A DNA stretch of 63,004 nucleotides from Thermoanaerobaculia bacterium (GCA_035525045.1 DATLEX010000175.1:1-63004); one strand, 5' to 3'. Positions 27,056-35,809 are shown, counted from the first letter of the stretch. The notes: generated by a model not told the origin, from the sequence alone. A program made the numbers and translations.

Positions 27056-29137
27056 TCAATCACGTGTGGTGGCGGCGTCGGCGGCGACGCCGAGGAGTTG
27101 GCGGGCGAGCTGGTCCGCGGCAGCGACGCCTTCCTTCCCGATCACCTCGATGGCGGCGTCGCGGGCCTTCTCCATCAGGTCGTGGTCGCGGACGATGTTC
27201 CCGAAGCGGAACCGCGGGACGCCCGATTGGCGCGTGCCGAGGAATTCGCCGGGGCCGCGCAGGGCGAGGTCGCGCTCGGCGACCTCGAAGCCGTCGCGCG
27301 TCCGCTCGAAAAGGGAGAGGCGGGTCACGGCGTCCGCTCCCGCCTTCGCGTTCCGGACCAGGATGCAGTACGACCTGCGCTCCCCTCGCCCGACCCGGCC
27401 GCGCAGTTGATGGAGCTGCGAGAGCCCGAAGCGGTCCGCGTCCATGATGAGCATGATCGACGCGTTCGGGACGTCGATGCCGACCTCGATCACCGTCGTG
27501 GCCACGAGGATGTCGATCTCCCCCTCCTTGAAACGCGACATCGTCTCGTCCTTCTCGTCCGCCCTCATCCGCCCGTGCATGATGGCCACCCGCCGCTTCG
27601 GGAAGCGCTTGCGGATCGCCTCCACCCCCTCGGTGAGCGGCTCGAGGTTCAGCTTCTGCGACTCCTCGATGATCGGGTAGACCACGTATACCTGGGCACC
27701 GGCGCCGATCTCCCCCTCGATGAAGCGGTAGACGCGCTCGAGCTCCGCGGAGGAGCGGACGGCCGTCCTGGTCCGCTGCCGGCCGGGAGGCAGCTCGTCG
27801 ATGACCGACAGCTCGAGGTCGCCGTACATGGCCAGGGCCAGCGAGCGCGGGATGGGGGTGGCGGTCATGACCAGGATGTCGGGCGTCTCTCCCTTGGCGA
27901 AGAGGCGCTGGCGCTGCTCGACGCCGAAGCGGTGCTGCTCGTCGACGATGGCCAGGCCGAGGGACTTGAAGCGGACCTTCTCCTCCAGCAGGGCGTGCGT
28001 GCCGGCCACGAGCTGGATGTAGCCCTCGCGCAGGCCCGAGAGGAGGGTGCGGCGCTCCCCCGCGCTCATGGAACCGGAGGCGCGGGCCACCACCACGGAA
28101 TGGTCAAGAAGTTGACTGATTCGCTGGTAGTGCTGCTCGACCAGGATCTCCGTCGGCGCCAGGAGGGCCACCTGGTGCCCGTTGCGGATCATGATCATGG
28201 CCGCGATCAGGGCCACGATGGTCTTCCCGCTCCCGACGTCCCCCTGCAGCAGGCGGTACATCGGGCGGCTGTCGCGGAGGTCGCCGGCGATCTCCCGTAG
28301 CACACGTTTCTGTGCACCCGTGAGCTTGAACGGCAGGACCCGCTTCACCTCCCCCCGCAGCGCGTCGTCGATGGCGATCCGCCGGCTCTTCCGGGTGACC
28401 TCCTCGGTGGCCCGGCGGACCCGCAGCGCCAGTTGAAAGGTGAAGAACTCCTGGAGGATGACCCGCAGATGGGCCGGCGAGCGTTGCCGGAGGAACGTCT
28501 CGTCCAGCTCCTTCGGGCGATGGATCCGTTCCACCGCCTCCCCCAGGCCACCCACCCCGAGGAGCTCGCGAAGCCTCTCCGGCATCGGGTCCTCGAGCTC
28601 GGGGATGGCCTCGAGCGCCTGCCCGACGATCTTCCGCAGCGCCCTCGGGGGGATGTTCGCCACCTTCGAGTAAATCGGGACGATGGCCCCCTCCGGCTCC
28701 CCCTCCTCGACCTTCTCCCAGTCGGGGCTCTCGATCTGCAGCCGCCCGTATGGCGAGAGGCGCGGCGCGCCGTAGACGGCCAGCCGGTCGTTGCGCCGGA
28801 TCTGCTCGCCGAGGTACGGCTGGTTGAACCAGACCAGCATGACCGTGCCGCTCCCGTCGTCGAACATCGCCTCGAAGATCTTCAACCGCTTGACCGGGGA
28901 GACCTTCGCACCGGCGGAGACGACGCGGCCTCGCAGGAGCACGGGCTGATCGACGTGCCGGCCGAGGTCGGCGACGCGCACCGGATGGCGGCGGTCCTCG
29001 TAGCGGTAGGGGAAGTCGTAGAGGAGGTCGCGGACGGTGACGAGCCCGGCTGCCTCGAGGGCCGCCGCCCGGCCGGCGCCGACGCCTTTCAGGAATCGGA
29101 GAGGGGAGTCGAGGGAAACCGTGCCTGGCACCGGCAC
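27056..29137 (-). CDS. recG: ATP-dependent DNA helicase RecG
   Basis: 693 aa. N-terminal wedge/OB region, helicase motifs GDVGSGKTIVA and IVDEQHRFGV, and C-terminal GPGEFLGTRQSG. Confidence 0.95.
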   Translation of the reverse strand: MPVPGTVSLDSPLRFLKGVGAGRAAALEAAGLVTVRDLLYDFPYRYEDRRHPVRVADLGRHVDQPVLLRGRVVSAGAKVSPVKRLKIFEAMFDDGSGTVMLVWFNQPYLGEQIRRNDRLAVYGAPRLSPYGRLQIESPDWEKVEEGEPEGAIVPIYSKVANIPPRALRKIVGQALEAIPELEDPMPERLRELLGVGGLGEAVERIHRPKELDETFLRQRSPAHLRVILQEFFTFQLALRVRRATEEVTRKSRRIAIDDALRGEVKRVLPFKLTGAQKRVLREIAGDLRDSRPMYRLLQGDVGSGKTIVALIAAMIMIRNGHQVALLAPTEILVEQHYQRISQLLDHSVVVARASGSMSAGERRTLLSGLREGYIQLVAGTHALLEEKVRFKSLGLAIVDEQHRFGVEQRQRLFAKGETPDILVMTATPIPRSLALAMYGDLELSVIDELPPGRQRTRTAVRSSAELERVYRFIEGEIGAGAQVYVVYPIIEESQKLNLEPLTEGVEAIRKRFPKRRVAIMHGRMRADEKDETMSRFKEGEIDILVATTVIEVGIDVPNASIMLIMDADRFGLSQLHQLRGRVGRGERRSYCILVRNAKAGADAVTRLSLFERTRDGFEVAERDLALRGPGEFLGTRQSGVPRFRFGNIVRDHDLMEKARDAAIEVIGKEGVAAADQLARQLLGVAADAATTRD

Positions 29138-29177
29138 ATTGTGATGCAGTCTACGGGGAGTGGTGTTTCGGAGAAAC

Positions 29178-29960
29178 CTACTCGAACACCACCTTCATGG
29201 CGACGAGCCCGATCTTGACGAGGTCGCCGTTATGGAGGGTGACGGGGACACCGGTGGGGATGCGCTGGTCGTTCACGTAGGTGCCGTTGACCGTCCCCAC
29301 TTCCTCGAGCACGTGGTAGTCGTCGTCCGAGCGGATGATCTTGGCGTGACGGCGGGAGACGGATCGATTCGTATCAACGGGGGTGAGGTCGATGTCGGGG
29401 AGGATGCCGGTGACGGGGTCGGCGCGGCCGATGGTGGTCTCGTCGCCGCTGCTGAAGAAGAAGGCCGTGCCGGTGGCGACGTCGACGAGGCGGTGGCGGG
29501 TCATCTTGTCGGCGGGCTTGATGACCGTGGAGTCGAGCGACATCTGATCGGCATCGACCTCGCGCCCCACCAGGCGCTCGAGCAGGGAGTTGGCCTCGCG
29601 GAGGCGCTTGGAGTACTTGCGGATGATGCGGACGGCGATCTCGGGGTTCTTCCGCAGCATCTCGTCGAAGCGGGAGCCGTTGATGGCCACGACCTTGACG
29701 TCGGTCTTGGCGAGGGCGTCGGCGGTGCGTGGGGTGTTCTCCATCAGGGCCATCTCGCCGAAGAAGTCGCCCTTCTCGAGGTGCGAGAGGAGGTGGGACT
29801 CGTTCTGGATGTGCTTGATGATGTCGACCTCACCCTCCTGGATGATGAACATGTCGGTGCCGAGGTCGCCCTGGGAGAAGATCAGGTCGCCGGCGGAGAA
29901 GGAGAGACTGGAGTCGCGCACGGGGTCTCTGCCGCCGGTGCTCTTGAACACGGCCTTCAT
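29178..29960 (-). CDS. cyclic-nucleotide-binding domain / FHA domain protein
   Basis: The N-terminal half contains FSQGDLGTDMFIIQEGEV...GDFFGEMALM...RTADA, a cNMP-binding fold. The C-terminal half contains TTIGRADP...SVSRRHAKI...GTVNGTYVNDQRI...GDLVKIG, an FHA domain. Confidence 0.82.
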   Translation of the reverse strand: MKAVFKSTGGRDPVRDSSLSFSAGDLIFSQGDLGTDMFIIQEGEVDIIKHIQNESHLLSHLEKGDFFGEMALMENTPRTADALAKTDVKVVAINGSRFDEMLRKNPEIAVRIIRKYSKRLREANSLLERLVGREVDADQMSLDSTVIKPADKMTRHRLVDVATGTAFFFSSGDETTIGRADPVTGILPDIDLTPVDTNRSVSRRHAKIIRSDDDYHVLEEVGTVNGTYVNDQRIPTGVPVTLHNGDLVKIGLVAMKVVFE

Positions 29961-29992
29961 CGTAGTTTATCCCGAGCGTCGCGAGGCATGAA

Positions 29993-30937
29993 CTAAGAAA
30001 CCACCGGGGCAGTGATGGTGAAGGTGCTGTCGCTCGTCTTGAGACTGACCGGCGCACCGACCGGCATCAGGAGATTGTCGCCATGATGGCCGAAGGGAAC
30101 GTTGCGGACGACTGGAATGCCACGGGCGGCGAAGAAATCGTGCAGCAGTTCCTCGATTTCCTTCTCCCCACCGCACCCTTTGAGCCTCCCGATCACGACA
30201 CCACGGATGCGTCGCATTCTGCCAGACAGCTTCAGGTGGGTCAACATACGGTCGATGCGATAGAGCGGCTCGTCGACATCCTCCCAGAACCAGATTCCGT
30301 CGTCGATCCAGAAGTCGTAGGGAGTTCCGATCAGCGAGGCCGTCAACGACAGACAGCCGCCGAACAGCACCCCTTCGGCATCACCCTGCAGGACCACGTC
30401 GGACCTCTCGTAGCGGAAGGTAGCAGGAGCGCGGCCGGCGAGAAGTGACCAGAACCACGTTTCGCGCTCGGGCGAGAGCCCGTCGTGAAAATCGAGGTTG
30501 AGCATCGGACCGTGGAAGGTGGCCACACCGGCGTGGAGGGCCACGGCCTGGTGCAGGGCGGTGAGGTCGCTGAAGCCGACGATGGGACGCGGATTCGCGG
30601 CGATGGCCGCGTAGTCGATCCGGTCGAGGATGCGCATCACCCCGTAGCCGCCGCGAGCGAAGAAGAAGGCATCGAAGGCATCGGACCTCAAGTGACGGTT
30701 GAGCTCTTCGGTGCGGAGCTCGTCGTCGCCGGCGAGGTATTCGCGGTGGCGGAGAGCGATGTTCGAGGCGAGGGTGACGCGATGCCCGCGCCGCTCGATA
30801 TGGGCCGCCGCCTCCTCGATGCGCCGCAGCTCGCTCGGCCCGGAGGCGGCCAGGACGGCGATGTGGGCGCGGGAAGGGAGGGCGCGCGGGGGGGTGAGCA
30901 CGCGCGGAATGGTAATGCAGAGGGGTCGCCCCTCCAC
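29993..30937 (-). CDS. ldcA: LD-carboxypeptidase (peptidase S66)
   Basis: 314 aa with the nucleophile motif VGFSDLTALH and a C-terminal FGH motif. GTG start. Confidence 0.82.
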   Translation of the reverse strand: MEGRPLCITIPRVLTPPRALPSRAHIAVLAASGPSELRRIEEAAAHIERRGHRVTLASNIALRHREYLAGDDELRTEELNRHLRSDAFDAFFFARGGYGVMRILDRIDYAAIAANPRPIVGFSDLTALHQAVALHAGVATFHGPMLNLDFHDGLSPERETWFWSLLAGRAPATFRYERSDVVLQGDAEGVLFGGCLSLTASLIGTPYDFWIDDGIWFWEDVDEPLYRIDRMLTHLKLSGRMRRIRGVVIGRLKGCGGEKEIEELLHDFFAARGIPVVRNVPFGHHGDNLLMPVGAPVSLKTSDSTFTITAPVVS

Positions 30938-30943
30938 CCTCCC

Positions 30944-31028
30944 GGGGGGCTCAGGGCTCAGGACTCGGGGGTAGCCGGAGGTGCGGCGTTCGACCGGGTG
31001 GGGGGTGGCCCTGAGCCCCGAGCCCTGG
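30944..31028. repeat. inverted pair of tandem heptamer arrays, GGGCTCR family
   Basis: Left arm: GGGCTCA GGGCTCA GGACTCG GGGG (30947-30971, preceded by extra G residues). Spacer ~37 nt. Right arm: CCCTGAG CCCCGAG CCCTGG (31009-31028). It lies just downstream of the rnpB 3' end on the minus strand. Confidence 0.85.
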
Positions 31029-31046
31029 ATGGGCGGGGGAAAAAAG

Positions 31047-31432
31047 CGTGGAGCGGATCTGTAAGCCGAATTCTGTCTCCCCTCGCGTTGCGCTCGGGGG
31101 GAGGATCATTCGTCTGCCACGCGCGTTGCCGCGGTGGTCGAGCAACCTACCCGGAAGCTTCAGCGGACACGGGCGGGTCCTCGCTTCCCTATTTGGTCTT
31201 GCTCCGCAGGGGGTTTGCCGTGCCGTCGCCGCTCACGCGGGACGCGGTGCGCTCTTACCGCACCATTTCACCCTTACCTGACGCCGGCCCCTTGCGAAGC
31301 CGATCAGGCGGTATCTTTCTGTTGCACTTTCCGTCGCGTTGCCGCGCCTGGACGTTATCCAGCCTGCTGCCCGTTGGAGTTCGGACTTTCCTCCGCATCT
31401 CGCGATGCGGCGATCCTCCGATCCGCTCCACG
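31047..31432 (-). ncRNA. rnpB: RNase P RNA, bacterial type A
   Basis: The reverse strand reads GGAGCGGATC...GCCGCATCGCGAGATGCGG AGGAAAGTCCGAACTCCA...GGTAAGGGTGAAATGGTGCGGTAAGAGCGCACC...AGCAAGACCAAATAGGGAAG...ACAGAATTCGGCTTACAGATCCGCTCC. The universally conserved P4 strands (GGAAAGTCCG / ACAGAAnnCGGCTTA), the J11/12-P12 region and P1 pairing (GGAGCGGATC with GATCCGCTCC) are all present. The ends are approximate to within a few nt. Confidence 0.92.
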
Positions 31433-31520
31433 CACAAGGGATAACAGCACCTGCCCCCGTTTGAATCCCGGACGAGCAGCGAAAATTCTTCCTCGTAAAT
31501 TGTTGCGATTTTGGGGACTT

Positions 31521-31545
31521 AGAAACAATGTCGGCACGCCGACAT
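31521..31545 (-). terminator. candidate intrinsic terminator after the DUF4126 gene
   Basis: On the minus strand, ATGTCGGC-GT-GCCGACAT forms a perfect 8-bp stem (31528-31545) that overlaps the stop codon. It is followed by TGTTTCT. The U-tract is weak. Confidence 0.4.
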
Positions 31546-32102
31546 CATAAAGTCTGCGGTTTTCGCAGCCGCCGCAGCAAGAGGAAAAACCCCACCACCC
31601 CCACCACGATCACCCCTGCCACCAGCCACGGCAGGATCACGGCGATCAGCGCCATCGAGATGGCCACCACGTCCTCCAGCAGCGACAGGATCGGGTTCAC
31701 CGCTCCCGCCGTCGTGGTCGTGCTCGCCAGCCGCAGCGACGCCTTCGCCGCGTGCGTCGACAGCGCCGCCCCTCCCGCCACCACCGTCGCCAGCACCACC
31801 GCCCCCTTCGGCAACTGATTCGACACCGCCGCCCACCCCACCAGCGCTCCCGCCACCGGCCTGATAAACGTGTGCGCCGCGTCCCAGACGTGATCGACCG
31901 CCGGGATCTTGTCGGCGATGAACTCGATCGCGTAGAGCACCCCCAGCGTGATCAGCACCGGCGTGGAGGAGAAGAACGCCGACAACTCGCCCTCGAACAG
32001 CCCCGGCTGCCAGCGCGACAGCAGGCCGAACACCAGCAGAGTCGCGTAGGCGTTCACCCCTGCCCCGAGGCCGAGGCCGACTGCGGTCAGGATGGAAGTC
32101 AT
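31545..32102 (-). CDS. DUF4126-like integral membrane protein
   Basis: 185 aa, glycine-rich and polytopic (MTSILTAVGLGLGAGVNAYATLLVFGLLSRW...). The family assignment is from memory. Confidence 0.65.
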   Translation of the reverse strand: MTSILTAVGLGLGAGVNAYATLLVFGLLSRWQPGLFEGELSAFFSSTPVLITLGVLYAIEFIADKIPAVDHVWDAAHTFIRPVAGALVGWAAVSNQLPKGAVVLATVVAGGAALSTHAAKASLRLASTTTTAGAVNPILSLLEDVVAISMALIAVILPWLVAGVIVVGVVGFFLLLRRLRKPQTL

Positions 32103-33757
32103 CGCGGGATCGTCACCACGGCCGCTCTCGATTCACGATACTCGCCCGGCAGGCGGGTCATGGCGCGCTCCGCCTCCTCCCGCGTGGCGAAGCGGCCCCA
32201 GAACAGCCGGTAGCACGATCGATCCTTCAACGTGATGGGAATGAACCACACCTGATCCCCCCCGCTTCCCCGCAGCGCCTTGGTGACATTTGACGGCTCG
32301 CAGACGATGGCGAACTGCACCGTGAAATTGCCCGCCGGCGCCGCGGCGAACTCCCGCGCCATCGCGTCGTAACGCGCGCGGGACCCCACCGCCGGCCCGC
32401 TGGCAGCCGCGGCCGGCGGTGGCGCGGGAGGCGGAGACTCCTTGGCCGCCGTCGCCGTCTCCGTCGTGGCGACCTCCGCCGGCGGCGCCGCCTCCGGTGT
32501 CGCCGCCTCCGGTGTCGCCGTGAGCGGCTGCGGAGCCTCCGCCGCCTCTCTCGAGGTCCACCAGGCGAAGCCGAAGTAGCCGGCGCCGGCGAGGATGAAG
32601 ACCACCATCAGGGCGATGAGCAGCCCGTGTCGCCGTTGCGGCTTCTTCTTCTCAGGCGGCTTCGCCGCGCGGCGCCGCGTCATCGTCCCCTCGGCCGATT
32701 GTGCCGGGCGAGGCCGCTCCACGGCGGGAGGCGCCTGCGCGGCGATGCCGGCGGCCCCGATCTGCGCCTCGTCGAATCCCCACCCCGGCTCTTGCTCCGG
32801 CTCGGCGGGCGGCTCCGGCGACGGCGCCACCGGCGGGCTCGCCCCACGCGGCGCCTCGTCCCACGCCGGCATCGGCGGGAGAGGCGCGACGACCGGCTCA
32901 TCGGCCGGCGGCACCTGAGGCACGTCGCTGGGCTCGGCGGAGGAGGAGGGCGGCTCATCGTCCATCAGGTCGAACTGCGGAGCCGCTCCGGACCAGACAT
33001 CGGCGGCATCGGCCACACCGGCGCTCTCGAACCCCATGGCGCCGGGCGCCGCCGCGGCGCTCTTCCGCTGCAGGATCCCGAGGACCGACAGGGCCTGCAG
33101 CAGCTTGAAGGCGTTGAAGGTCTCCTGATGCGAAGCGGCGGCCACCTCCGAGGCCGGCCGCACGCCATCCACCTGCATCATGACCGCCTCGGCGTCTTCA
33201 TTGAGACCAAGCTGGCGAAAGGCCTCCTCATGTCCGTCCGCCTTCTCGAACACGACCGTCCCGCTCTCGAGGGCGCGCTCGAACTTGCCGCGATCCTGGT
33301 CCGTGACGATCATCTCCACGACCACCTGCGGCAGGGGGAAGATGGTTCCCTCCTCGCGCTTGGGGAGGTAGTCGGCGACCATGGTGAAGGAGCCGGCGCC
33401 CCACTCGCCGACCGAGCGGACCACGTTGATGACCTGGATCCGCCGGGCCCAGGTCAGCTCCTTGCGGGTGATGAAGCCGAGGCCGAGCAGAGCGTCGCCG
33501 AGGGTCTCGTTCTCCTTCCGCTTGGCCAGGGCCTGCTTGACGTGCTCCTTGCTGACCTTCCCGGCGCGCATGAGGATCTCGTCGACGCTGTCGGCGCGAT
33601 CGTTCGTGCTCGCGGAAAGGATGTCCCCTTCCTTGAAGTAGATGATCTTGATGATCCCGTCGTTCTCGAATCGGATGGCGCCGGTGAAGCGCTGGCGCCA
33701 CAATTCGATCAGGCGATCGGTCAGATGGATGTCTCGGAGTTCGCCTTCTAGATTCAT
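32099..33757 (-). CDS. DUF4388-like N-terminal domain / Pro-rich linker / TM / C-terminal SPOR domain protein
   Basis: The N-terminus LEGELRDIHLTDRLIELWRQRFTGAIRFENDGIIKIIYFKEGDI resembles DUF4388. The middle is a Pro/Ala-rich low-complexity region with one TM (LLIALMVVFILAGAGYFGFAWW). The C-terminus FTVQFAIVCEPSNV...YRLFWGRFATREEAERAMTRLP is SPOR-like. Confidence 0.7.
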   Translation of the reverse strand: MNLEGELRDIHLTDRLIELWRQRFTGAIRFENDGIIKIIYFKEGDILSASTNDRADSVDEILMRAGKVSKEHVKQALAKRKENETLGDALLGLGFITRKELTWARRIQVINVVRSVGEWGAGSFTMVADYLPKREEGTIFPLPQVVVEMIVTDQDRGKFERALESGTVVFEKADGHEEAFRQLGLNEDAEAVMMQVDGVRPASEVAAASHQETFNAFKLLQALSVLGILQRKSAAAAPGAMGFESAGVADAADVWSGAAPQFDLMDDEPPSSSAEPSDVPQVPPADEPVVAPLPPMPAWDEAPRGASPPVAPSPEPPAEPEQEPGWGFDEAQIGAAGIAAQAPPAVERPRPAQSAEGTMTRRRAAKPPEKKKPQRRHGLLIALMVVFILAGAGYFGFAWWTSREAAEAPQPLTATPEAATPEAAPPAEVATTETATAAKESPPPAPPPAAAASGPAVGSRARYDAMAREFAAAPAGNFTVQFAIVCEPSNVTKALRGSGGDQVWFIPITLKDRSCYRLFWGRFATREEAERAMTRLPGEYRESRAAVVTIPR

Positions 33758-33773
33758 TACCCCCCACCCACCC

Positions 33774-33808
33774 GGCTCACAGCTCTCGGCTCTCAGCTCT
33801 CAGGGTGC
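33774..33808. repeat. solo tandem heptamer array (RGCTCTC family)
   Basis: GGCTCAC AGCTCTC GGCTCTC AGCTCTC AGGGTGC. It lies between the uvrC stop and the start of the next gene. I saw no complementary arm. Confidence 0.8.
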
Positions 33809-33823
33809 CTCAATCTGCAGCGA

Positions 33824-35656
33824 TTATCGCATCGCGTGCAGCTGATCGTAGAGCGTTTGCCCGACTTTTCTGCCGAGAACGTTGATCAGGTCGTGCGCGG
33901 AGGCCTGCTTCACGCCGGAGACGCTTCCGAATCGCTCGATGAGAAGCCGTCTTCGCTTCTCGCCGATGCCCGGCAGCTCGTCGAGCTCGCTGCGGAGCGT
34001 GCGCTTCGATCTGCGGCGCCGGTGCGCCGCCACGGCGAAGCGGTGCGTCTCGTCGCGCACCATCTGCAGCAACTGCAGCGCCGGATCGCGCCGCTCGAGC
34101 CGGATCGGCTCCTCCCGATCCGGAACGTGAAGTTCTTCTTCACGTTTTGCCAGCCCGACGACGGCGATCCCCTCGATCCCGAGACGGTTCAGCGCGGTCA
34201 GCGCCGCATTGAGCTGTCCTCGCCCCCCGTCGATCAGGATCAGATCGGGCAGCGGCTTCTCCTCTTCCAGCACCCGCCGGTACCGCCGGTCGACCGCCTC
34301 CGCCATCGAGCGGAAGTCGTCCGCCCCCGCCACGGTCCGGATGTTGAAAACGCGGTAGCGGTTCTTGTCGAACTTCCCGCGGTCGAGAACGACCATCCCC
34401 GCCACGGAGTCGGAGCCTTGGATGTTGGAGATGTCGAACGACTCGATGCGCTGGATCTCGCCCGCATGGCCGAGGAGCTGTCCGAGCTGTGAGGCGGCGA
34501 GCTGGAGGCGATCCTGCTGCGACTTGCGGAAACGCGACTCGTGGGAGAGCCGGGCGTTCCGGTTCGCCAGCGCGATGCGATCGACCCCCTTCCCCCGCTG
34601 CGGCACGCGCAGGCCCACTCGCCGACCCGCCTGCTGCGAGAGCCAGGCAGCGAGCAGCTCCTCGTCTTCGATCGGAAAGGGGATCACGATCTCCGGCGGA
34701 ATGAAGAGATTGTCCTGATAATAGCGCTGCAGCACCTCGCTCACGAAGTAGCCGGGATGATCGAAGTCGACCTTCTCCCAGAAGAGCTCCCGGCGGTCGA
34801 CAAGGTTGCCGTCGCGGACCACGAAGAGCTGCACGGCCACGTCCCCTCCCTCCTCCCACAGCCCCCAGACGTCGGCATCCTCTGATCCCGCCGAGGCGAC
34901 CTGCTGCTCGGCCTGCACGCGCTCGACGGTGCGGATGAGATCGCGGTAATAGCCGGCCACCTCGAAATTCTCCTCCGCGGCCGCACGGCTCATCCGCTCG
35001 CGCAGCCGCTCCTGGAGCTGCCGGCTCTTCCCGCCGAGGAAGAGCACCACGTCATCGACCATCTCCCGGTACGCCTCCGGTGTGGTCAGACCGGCGACGC
35101 ACGGCCCGAGGCACTGCTTCATGTCGTAGTAGAGACAGGGGCGGGAGAGGGCGCTCTTGCCGGCGGTGATCTCCAGATCGCAGCTCCGCAGCTTGAACTG
35201 GTCGGCGACGAGCTTGAGGAGCCGCCGGGCCGTCCCGGCGAAGAAGGGGCCGTAGAAGACGTCCCCCTTCTTCCGGTCGACGCGGCGCGTGAAGACGACC
35301 CGCGGGTAGTCCTCCGAGAGCGTGACCTTGAGGTAGGGATAGGTCTTGTCGTCGCGGAGAAGGATGTTGTAACGCGGCTGGTGCGACTTGATGAGGTTGT
35401 TCTCGAGGAGGATGGCCTCCAGCTCGTTGTTGGTGGTGACGAAGTCGATCCCGTCGATCTCCCCCATCAGGGTCATCGTCTTCGTATCGCGAGCCCCCTT
35501 CCCCACCAGGTAAGAGCTCACGCGATTCTTGAGGTTTCGGGCCTTGCCGACGTAGATCACCTCTCCCTCGGCGTTCTTGTGGAGGTAGACGCCGGGCCGG
35601 TCGGGCAACTCCCGGATGCGGTCCTTGAGGCGGTCGAGGCGGTCGTGGGGAGCCAT
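33824..35656 (-). CDS. uvrC: excinuclease ABC subunit C
   Basis: GIY-YIG N-terminus (PGVYLHKNAEGEVIYVGKARNLKNRV), a UVR domain, and a C-terminal (HhH)2 region LDELPGIGEKRRRLLIERFGS. Confidence 0.95.
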   Translation of the reverse strand: MAPHDRLDRLKDRIRELPDRPGVYLHKNAEGEVIYVGKARNLKNRVSSYLVGKGARDTKTMTLMGEIDGIDFVTTNNELEAILLENNLIKSHQPRYNILLRDDKTYPYLKVTLSEDYPRVVFTRRVDRKKGDVFYGPFFAGTARRLLKLVADQFKLRSCDLEITAGKSALSRPCLYYDMKQCLGPCVAGLTTPEAYREMVDDVVLFLGGKSRQLQERLRERMSRAAAEENFEVAGYYRDLIRTVERVQAEQQVASAGSEDADVWGLWEEGGDVAVQLFVVRDGNLVDRRELFWEKVDFDHPGYFVSEVLQRYYQDNLFIPPEIVIPFPIEDEELLAAWLSQQAGRRVGLRVPQRGKGVDRIALANRNARLSHESRFRKSQQDRLQLAASQLGQLLGHAGEIQRIESFDISNIQGSDSVAGMVVLDRGKFDKNRYRVFNIRTVAGADDFRSMAEAVDRRYRRVLEEEKPLPDLILIDGGRGQLNAALTALNRLGIEGIAVVGLAKREEELHVPDREEPIRLERRDPALQLLQMVRDETHRFAVAAHRRRRSKRTLRSELDELPGIGEKRRRLLIERFGSVSGVKQASAHDLINVLGRKVGQTLYDQLHAMR

Positions 35657-35693
35657 CGCGATCCGATGTAACAGCAGGCGCGACTCTCGTCAT

Positions 35694-35774
35694 CCTCTGT
35701 GCACCTCTGTGCCTTTTGTGACTCTGTGGTTGCTTTTTTCACCACAGAGTCACAGAGGACACAGAGGTACACGG
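35694..35774. repeat. symmetric array of CACAGAG-core repeats around a perfect 14-bp inverted repeat
   Basis: The core is TGTGACTCTGTGGT (35717-30), then tgcttttttc, then ACCACAGAGTCACA (35741-54). It is flanked by further CCTCTGTG / CACAGAGG copies with 8-10-nt spacing. It sits in the divergent uvrC / padR-like intergenic region. Confidence 0.85.
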
Positions 35775-35776
35775 AT

Positions 35777-35809
35777 TACGAATCGTACTGAGGCCATGCT
35801 ACGATTCGT
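35777..35809 (+). promoter_or_regulatory. candidate operator pair upstream of the PadR-like gene
   Basis: TACGAATCGTA (35777-87, a self-palindrome) and TACGATTCGT (35800-09) have centres 23 bp apart. The second ends 3 nt before the ATG at 35813. No experimental or consensus support. Confidence 0.25.

Noticed and set aside
35717-35754. Reading the 14-bp inverted repeat with its T-rich loop (tgcttttttc) as a Rho-independent terminator.
   Set aside because: The T-run lies in the loop and not after the stem. The element also sits between divergently transcribed genes, where no transcript needs terminating.
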